Shown piece by piece: positions 7,686 through 12,830 of a stretch of DNA of 12,830 bases. Within the stretch, counting starts at the first letter, position 1; every line of letters begins with the position of its first letter. Source of the DNA: Verrucomicrobiota bacterium. Its GTDB lineage: Bacteria > Verrucomicrobiota > Verrucomicrobiia > Limisphaerales > Palsa-1400. The stretch covers positions 1 to 12,830 of the forward strand of contig JBEKYR010000072.1 in assembly GCA_049510745.1 (NCBI GenBank), given 5' to 3'. Below the pieces are notes generated by a model. That model was not told where the DNA came from. It saw only the letters and a program-made list of their open reading frames with translations, and ran no database searches. The translations under genes and the position numbers were made by a program.

Positions 7686-8165
7686 TTAGAATTTTAACTT
7701 GTTCAATTCGGACCAGGCAGACGAACCTTCCGTCCGGCCGGCGCCCTTTGTTTTGTTTTCTTTTGCCCGATCGGGCAGTCCGCCGCAATCGGTTCCGCAC
7801 AACGGATGCTGCGGAAACTCCAGCAGAATATCCTCGCGGATGTAAGGCGTCAAGTCCGCCAAATCGTCCTTTATGGCCGCTTTCTCCGGCCCCTCCAACG
7901 GCAGATGGGCCGTCCAGGGGTCCAGTTGTATCTTGTGCTGGAAGGGTTTGAGGCACCGGGCGCACTCGCAATCCAGCGCCATTTCAAGCCTGCCCTGCAC
8001 CAGAATGGCCTGGCCCAGCCTCTGCGCCCGCAAGTCATAGCGCAACGGTTGGCGGGCGTGGATCAATTCGTCCCAATCCTCCAACTCCAGGTCGTCGGGC
8101 CCGAGTTCTCCCTGCAAAAGAACGTCCTTTTCCTCCAGGTGGCGGATGTTGAAGGTCAAAGGCAT
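7686..8165 (-). CDS. yceD: YceD/DUF177 family protein (23S rRNA accumulation factor)
   Basis: ECARCLKPF, DLTPYIREDILLEFPQHPLC...CGGL, C-terminal WSELNKLKF; canonical position upstream of rpmF. Start moved to ATG 8165. Confidence 0.92.
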   Translation of the reverse strand: MPLTFNIRHLEEKDVLLQGELGPDDLELEDWDELIHARQPLRYDLRAQRLGQAILVQGRLEMALDCECARCLKPFQHKIQLDPWTAHLPLEGPEKAAIKDDLADLTPYIREDILLEFPQHPLCGTDCGGLPDRAKENKTKGAGRTEGSSAWSELNKLKF

Positions 8166-8187
8166 GGCGCGGAGCGGGGTTGAAAGT

Positions 8188-8682
8188 TCAGGACGGGCGG
8201 CGCTTTCGCGCGAATTTCCGGGACAGGGCGGATTTGACGTAGTCAGGAACGAAGGCATCGACGTTTCCCCCCAGGCAGGCGATCTCCTTGACGATCCGTG
8301 AACTCAAGAACGTATAACTTTCCCGCGGCATCATAAAAATCGTCTCCACGCGCCCGTTCAACTTACGATTCATCAAGGCGAGTTGAAATTCAAATTCAAA
8401 ATCCGACACGGCGCGCAAACCGCGAATGATGACCTGGCCCGAACGTTGCTCCGCGTAATCGATCAGGAGTCCGTCAAAGGAGTCTGCTTCGGTGTGGGGG
8501 AAGTTCCCCACCGCCCGCTGCACCAGACGGAGGCGCTCTTTGAGCGAGAACAGGGGGTGTTTGCTCTCGCTCCTGGCCACGGCCACGATCACGCGGTCAA
8601 ACAGTCTGGCCGCGCGCTCAATGATGTCCAAGTGCCCGTTGGTCAGGGGATCAAAACTGCCCGGATAAATTGCCGTTCGCAT
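8188..8682 (-). CDS. coaD: Phosphopantetheine adenylyltransferase
   Basis: AIYPGSFDPLTNGHLDII, IIRGLRAVSDFEFEFQLALMNR, FLSSRIVKEIA. Confidence 0.98.
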   Translation of the reverse strand: MRTAIYPGSFDPLTNGHLDIIERAARLFDRVIVAVARSESKHPLFSLKERLRLVQRAVGNFPHTEADSFDGLLIDYAEQRSGQVIIRGLRAVSDFEFEFQLALMNRKLNGRVETIFMMPRESYTFLSSRIVKEIACLGGNVDAFVPDYVKSALSRKFARKRRPS

Positions 8683-8803
8683 ATTCGTACTTAATCAAGA
8701 CCGCCGGCAAATGAAAGAAGCAAGTTTTTTGCGTTGGAAAGAGCCGGCGCTGGCGATCGGTTGATTTTGCGGACGCCGCGAGAACGGGTCTTCAGCCGCA
8801 GTC

Positions 8804-9208
8804 TCACGGTTCGACCGTGATGTCGTCCCATTTCATCTTGTGGCGCTCGGCGTAGGCGAGCAGAACTTTCTCGTGCTCGATCAGGACGGCGCGCACCACG
8901 GCGGAATCATCGGCGTGGCCGAACTCGGAGACCGGGTCCGGGATGATGTCGAATTGCCGCTGGGCGTAGATGAGGGCGAAAACGGCCGCGGCCACCGTCG
9001 TATAGGGCAAATCCTCCTCGACCCCTTCGGCAAAGTCCTCGACCACATTGGCCAGAAACTCCAGTTGATCGGGCAGGTGGGGAAAGGCCGCATTGTCCAG
9101 TTCGGTGAACTTGAGCTTGAGAAAAGGGAGCTTCTTATGCACGCCCTTGAGAATGTTGGGCGTGATCGACGCCGTGCCGTGATGGACAAACTTCGCTACC
9201 TCTGCCAT
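8804..9208 (-). CDS. YkvA/DUF1232-like protein (134 aa)
   Basis: ALIYAQRQFDIIPDPVSEFGHADDSAVVRAVL matches the Y...D.IPD....G..DD pattern of DUF1232. Start moved to ATG 9208 on promoter geometry. Confidence 0.75.
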   Translation of the reverse strand: MAEVAKFVHHGTASITPNILKGVHKKLPFLKLKFTELDNAAFPHLPDQLEFLANVVEDFAEGVEEDLPYTTVAAAVFALIYAQRQFDIIPDPVSEFGHADDSAVVRAVLIEHEKVLLAYAERHKMKWDDITVEP

Positions 9209-9215
9209 GCCGCCG

Positions 9216-9244
9216 AGCATGACCCAATGGCCCGCGTCTGACAA
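9216..9244 (-). promoter_or_regulatory. Putative sigma70 promoter for a leaderless DUF1232-like mRNA
   Basis: Minus strand TTGTCA (9244-9239)-17 nt-CATGCT (9221-9216)-7 nt-ATG 9208. Confidence 0.6.
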
Positions 9245-9270
9245 GAGGTTATCTGCGAAAATCCGCGGGA

Positions 9271-9351
9271 CCTAACGGGGATTCCAGTGGTCCTCGCCGC
9301 CAAGGACCTTGGAATCACGGCTTCCTGACCAATTTCGATGGGCCGTTTAGG
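9271..9351. other. Nested inverted repeats forming a predicted multi-stem element (unassigned; ncRNA or mobile-element remnant)
   Basis: cctaacgg (9271-9278)/ccgtttagg (9343-9351); gattcca (9280-9286)/tggaatc (9310-9316); ggtcct (9289-9294)/aggacc (9303-9308); small ccaat-ttcg-atgg hairpin (9329-9341). Confidence 0.4.
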
Positions 9352-9378
9352 CACTTGCACACCCTTGGAACCGGAAAA

Positions 9379-9462
9379 GCCGTCACACCGTCACAATCGT
9401 TGATAATGAGGGACTTAGGCCGTAACATTTGCCGTCACAAACCCTCATACAAGGCCGTCACA
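9379..9462 (+). repeat. Array of (G)CCGTCACA direct repeats around an imperfect palindrome
   Basis: Exact ccgtcaca at 9380, 9388, 9432 and 9455; variants ccgtaaca at 9420 and ccctcata at 9442. Confidence 0.9.
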
Positions 9463-9490
9463 AAGCAAAGGATGGCCCAGCGCGTTTTCC

Positions 9491-9519
9491 TTGTTCCAGG
9501 TGCGACGTTCCGGTACAAT
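9491..9519 (+). promoter_or_regulatory. Putative sigma70 promoter for a leaderless serpin mRNA
   Basis: TTGTTC (9491-9496)-17 nt-TACAAT (9514-9519)-6 nt-ATG 9526; no SD-like sequence. Confidence 0.7.
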
Positions 9520-9525
9520 CACGTC

Positions 9526-10767
9526 ATGAAATCGAATGTGTGTCCCCGTTCGTTCGGTTTGGTGATCCTCTCAATTCTCTGCACGCTGCTGGAGCCTTTG
9601 CCGGCACACGCCCAACCCGGTGACTGGCGCGCGGCGCGGGACGCGGCCGGGGCGTATAATGCTTTTGGTTTCAACCTGCTGGCGCAAATGCGGAAGTCAC
9701 TTCCCGGCGGCAATGTTTTCATTAGTCCGGTCGGCGCAGGATTGGCTTTGGCCATGGCGCAAAACGGGGCTGGCGGCCAGACCAGGGAAGAAATTCGACA
9801 GGTGTTGCACATCGACCGCATGGGCGCGCCGGAGGCGAATGCGGCCAACGCCGCGTTGCTCCAATCCCTGCAGCAGAATCCAAGGGAAGAGAACACTCAA
9901 TTGGAGATGGCCAATAGTTTGTGGATCGACAAGGGCTTCCCAATCAAGCCCTCTTTCCTTGCCACCAACCAACAGTCATTCCGGGCGCAGGTTTCGAGCG
10001 CGGATTTCCGCGACCCCGCCACTGTGCCGCTGATCAACGCCTGGGTGAGCGAGCACACTCACGGAACGATCCCGCAGATCGTGAAGGCACCGCTGGACTC
10101 GGCGGTGGAGTTGATCGTGCTGGACGCCATTTACTTCAAGAGCGATTGGATGTTCCAGTTCGATCCCAAGCTGACCACCGACAAGCCTTTCAAACTGGCG
10201 GACGGGCGGACGCCGAAATATCCAAGAATGTACCAGACCGGCAAGTTCAGTTATTATGAAAACGTGCAATTGCAGGCAATCGCGCTGCCCTACTCTTACG
10301 GCTTCGAGATGGATGTCATTTTGCCGAGGTTTTCTTTGGACAAATTGGTAAGTCAGTTGACACCGGATAATTGGAATGAATGGACTGGCTATACGGCCTA
10401 CCGGACAGGCTCCGTGGAATTGCCGCGCATGAAACTGGAGAATAGCTACGAGTTGAATGGCCCTTTGGCCGATTTGGGGATGCGCCGGGCGTTTGTTTTC
10501 GGCGCGGCCGATTTCAGCGGCATTTCGGACCAGAGCTTGTACGTGAGCACGGTTGCACAAAAGACATTTGTCGAAGTGAACGAGAAGGGTACAGAGGCGA
10601 GCGCCGCGACCGAACTGATGGTGGCAGCGGGTGAGGCACCCGAAAAGCCGCCACCGCCTTTCGAGATGATTGTGGACCATCCCTTCCTTGTAGCCATCTG
10701 CGACGGCCGAGCCAAGAGCATCTTATTCCTGGGCGCGATCATGGACCCGGGCAATTCGCCGCCATGA
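9526..10767 (+). CDS. Secreted serpin (serine protease inhibitor family), 413 aa
   Basis: Sec-type signal peptide ending AHA|Q; NVFISP, GAGGQTREEI, LEMANSLW, INAWVSEHTHGTI, AIYFKSDW, hinge EVNEKGTEASAAT, signature FEMIVDHPFLVAI...ILFLGAIMDP. Confidence 0.95.
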   Translation: MKSNVCPRSFGLVILSILCTLLEPLPAHAQPGDWRAARDAAGAYNAFGFNLLAQMRKSLPGGNVFISPVGAGLALAMAQNGAGGQTREEIRQVLHIDRMGAPEANAANAALLQSLQQNPREENTQLEMANSLWIDKGFPIKPSFLATNQQSFRAQVSSADFRDPATVPLINAWVSEHTHGTIPQIVKAPLDSAVELIVLDAIYFKSDWMFQFDPKLTTDKPFKLADGRTPKYPRMYQTGKFSYYENVQLQAIALPYSYGFEMDVILPRFSLDKLVSQLTPDNWNEWTGYTAYRTGSVELPRMKLENSYELNGPLADLGMRRAFVFGAADFSGISDQSLYVSTVAQKTFVEVNEKGTEASAATELMVAAGEAPEKPPPPFEMIVDHPFLVAICDGRAKSILFLGAIMDPGNSPP

Positions 10768-10792
10768 GAACAAAGCGGGTGAGGAGAATTGT

Positions 10793-11116
10793 TCAGAAGC
10801 GCAGCCGAATCTCGTTCGTCCAAACGCGCTTCAACTGCCCGGCATCAACTGGAGCAAGAAGGCCCAAACGGCGGCGCAGAAGGAGTTGTTCCAGGCAGTC
10901 CAGCCGGGACAGTCTCACGGTGGATGCCACGCGCAAACCCGCCGCTGCCCAGTTTTGCAGGGCTACATCCGTCGTGGAACGCGGCTGTGCCGATGTGACG
11001 GCCGCCACAACAACGTCAGCGGCATCCGTCCAGAGCACCAAGACGGGACGCAGCTTCGAGGCAGCGCCGCTGGTGAAAGGAATATCCGCCAGCCAGACTT
11101 CACCCGGCTGCGGCAT
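10793..11116 (-). CDS. PemK/MazF family type II toxin (endoribonuclease), 107 aa
   Basis: PQPGEVWLADIPFTSGAASKLRPVLVL (K.RP with catalytic Arg), AAVTS (catalytic Thr), W..AGL...STVRL; ATG 11116 overlaps the upstream small gene by 17 nt. Confidence 0.9.
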   Translation of the reverse strand: MPQPGEVWLADIPFTSGAASKLRPVLVLWTDAADVVVAAVTSAQPRSTTDVALQNWAAAGLRVASTVRLSRLDCLEQLLLRRRLGLLAPVDAGQLKRVWTNEIRLRF

Positions 11117-11315
11117 CGTCGTAAAGGCCCTCGTCTTGCGGGGCGTAGCTGTTGAGGAAGGCGCTGTGGTCACGGACCGCCGCCTGGACTTTATCGGTGG
11201 CCGGCGGAGAGATTTCAAGCTGCTGGCGGCGCCGGTCAACCCAGCCAGCCAGCTTAACGAAGTCCTTTAGAGGCAGTTGTTCGACAGCCTGCTCGATTTC
11301 TTCAATCTTGCTCAT
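11100..11315 (-). CDS. Putative antitoxin of the PemK/MazF-type toxin (71 aa)
   Basis: Small gene directly upstream of and overlapping the toxin; helical N-terminus MSKIEEIEQAVEQL and acidic C-terminus AFLNSYAPQDEGLYDD. Confidence 0.78.
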   Translation of the reverse strand: MSKIEEIEQAVEQLPLKDFVKLAGWVDRRRQQLEISPPATDKVQAAVRDHSAFLNSYAPQDEGLYDDAAAG

Positions 11316-11419
11316 GGCTCATCATTCAATTCCAAGACGCTCACGGCATGGAACGATAACCTGCAAATCCCGGGGTTTCAATCTGTATTTCCGGGCCGGG
11401 AAGGGGTTAAATAAACCGG

Positions 11420-12127
11420 GTGAAGAAAATTCTTTTTGTCACGGGCACGGACACGGGCGTGGGGAAAACCGTCTTGACGGCGATGCTCCTGGCATTTCTG
11501 CGCGGGGCGGGGCGCGACGCGCTGGCCATGAAACCGTTTTGCTCCGGCTCGCGCGGGGACGCCCGGCTGCTGCACGATTTGCAGAAGGGGTGTTTGACGC
11601 TCGACGAGGTCAACCCTTTCTATTTTGACAAGCCGCTGGCGCCGGCGGCTGCGGCGAAAAACGTTCCTCTGCGGGCCGCCCTGGCCAAAATCCGGGAATT
11701 GGCCGGCCGGTGCGATATTTTGGTGGTGGAGGGGGTTGGGGGCCTGCTGGCGCCGTTGGGGAAGGGTTATACGGTGCGAGACTTGATCGGTAACCTGGAC
11801 TGCAAAGTGATCGTCGTCAGCGCGAACCGGCTGGGGACGATCAACCATACATTGCTGACGGTGGAAGCGTTGCAAGTATCTGGACAAAAGGAGCTTGCAA
11901 TAGCGATGATGGGTGTCAGGAAACCCGACATTTCGGCGGCCAGCAACGTCAGAATGATACGCCGGATGGCGCCGAGGACCCCGGTTTTTGCGATTCCGTA
12001 CCTCGGTTTTGGGGCATCGAAAGCCGGGGGGGTGAAAAAAAATGTGATTTTTTTGAAAAAAACCCTTGCGCAGTTGGCGTGGGGTGGTAGTGTTGGCCTC
12101 GTTCTTTCGCAAAACGAGAGAGGTTGA
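11420..12127 (+). CDS. bioD: Dethiobiotin synthetase
   Basis: LFVTGTDTGVGKT (P-loop), MKPF, PLAP, VVEGVGGLLAPL, RLGTINHTLLT. The C-terminal ~40 aa look divergent. Confidence 0.92.
   Translation: MKKILFVTGTDTGVGKTVLTAMLLAFLRGAGRDALAMKPFCSGSRGDARLLHDLQKGCLTLDEVNPFYFDKPLAPAAAAKNVPLRAALAKIRELAGRCDILVVEGVGGLLAPLGKGYTVRDLIGNLDCKVIVVSANRLGTINHTLLTVEALQVSGQKELAIAMMGVRKPDISAASNVRMIRRMAPRTPVFAIPYLGFGASKAGGVKKNVIFLKKTLAQLAWGGSVGLVLSQNERG
12034..12093 (+). promoter_or_regulatory. rRNA operon upstream promoter (P1-like) with UP element, inside the bioD 3' end
   Basis: A/T tracts 12034-12062, TTGCGC (12066-12071)-16 nt-TAGTGT (12088-12093) with TGn extension. Confidence 0.65.
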
Positions 12128-12140
12128 TCGACAAAACCAG

Positions 12141-12168
12141 TTGACAACCAGCTTCAATCCGTTATAGT
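12141..12168 (+). promoter_or_regulatory. rRNA operon downstream promoter (P2-like)
   Basis: Consensus TTGACA (12141-12146)-16 nt-TATAGT (12163-12168). Confidence 0.8.
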
Positions 12169-12259
12169 GATTGAAGAATAACGAAGGTATCTGAGAGGCC
12201 GAGTTGAACAAAGAAGATTCGGCGCTCAGGTTTTTTGTCCCCTTTATGCGGGCAAAAAA

Positions 12260-12290
12260 GGGCCTGAAGGCCCGAAAAGCTCATTGAAAA
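12260..12290 (+). promoter_or_regulatory. rRNA leader antitermination element (boxB-like hairpin + boxA-like)
   Basis: gggcc-tgaa-ggccc hairpin (12260-12273) followed by gctcattgaaaa (12279-12290), resembling boxA, ~130 nt before the 16S. Confidence 0.6.
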
Positions 12291-12411
12291 TTGAATTGTG
12301 CGAATAGTGAGAGCCCCTTCAAGTTTCGCCGGTTAGCGGCGGGATTTGGAGAGTTTTAAAAATTGCAAAATCAGTCCGGTTAACCCCCGGACAAGATTCA
12401 AGCTAACGTTT

Positions 12412-12830
<419 letters not shown>

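Noticed and set aside
9271..9351. tRNA, SRP RNA, 6S RNA or known riboswitch
   Set aside because: No cloverleaf, TTCRA T-loop or CCA end; no SRP domain IV motif; too short for 6S; no riboswitch consensus that I recognise.
9379..9462. CRISPR array or plasmid iteron interpretation of the CCGTCACA repeats
   Set aside because: Units are only 8-9 bp with irregular 0-24-nt gaps, and there is no cas or rep gene in the window.
10768..10794. Bidirectional terminator between serpin and toxin (gaacaa/ttgttc)
   Set aside because: Only a 6-bp AT-rich stem with a 15-nt loop and no U-tract.
9246..11362. 8-bp inverted repeat aggttatc (9246-9253)/gataacct (11355-11362) bracketing the serpin-TA block as transposon ends
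   Set aside because: It does not extend in either direction, there is no target-site duplication or transposase, and an 8-bp match between two intergenic regions is plausible by chance.

Overview
A high-GC chromosomal window from a Verrucomicrobiota bacterium. The 16S carries the EUB338-III-type site and a 27F-YM variant; an assignment to subdivision 3 (Pedosphaerales-like) is my impression only. Left to right it holds: a repeat-rich 5' stretch, an SDR oxidoreductase with an atypical YxxxR active site, a UbiB/ABC1 atypical kinase, an MFS transporter, an HGSNAT/NagX-like membrane acyltransferase, the housekeeping block coaD-yceD(DUF177)-rpmF-plsX-fabH, a DUF1232/YkvA-like gene, a small accessory-looking block (structured intergenic element, CCGTCACA repeat array, secreted serpin, convergent PemK/MazF-type toxin-antitoxin pair), an isolated bioD whose 3' end contains the first rRNA promoter, and the leader and first ~420 nt of a 16S rRNA gene. 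Most of the window is ordinary. The best leads are the 9245-11400 block, the Lys-to-Arg SDR, a recurring leaderless-promoter architecture, and the 10/30-bp periodic repeat at the 5' end. I cannot claim a new system from sequence alone.
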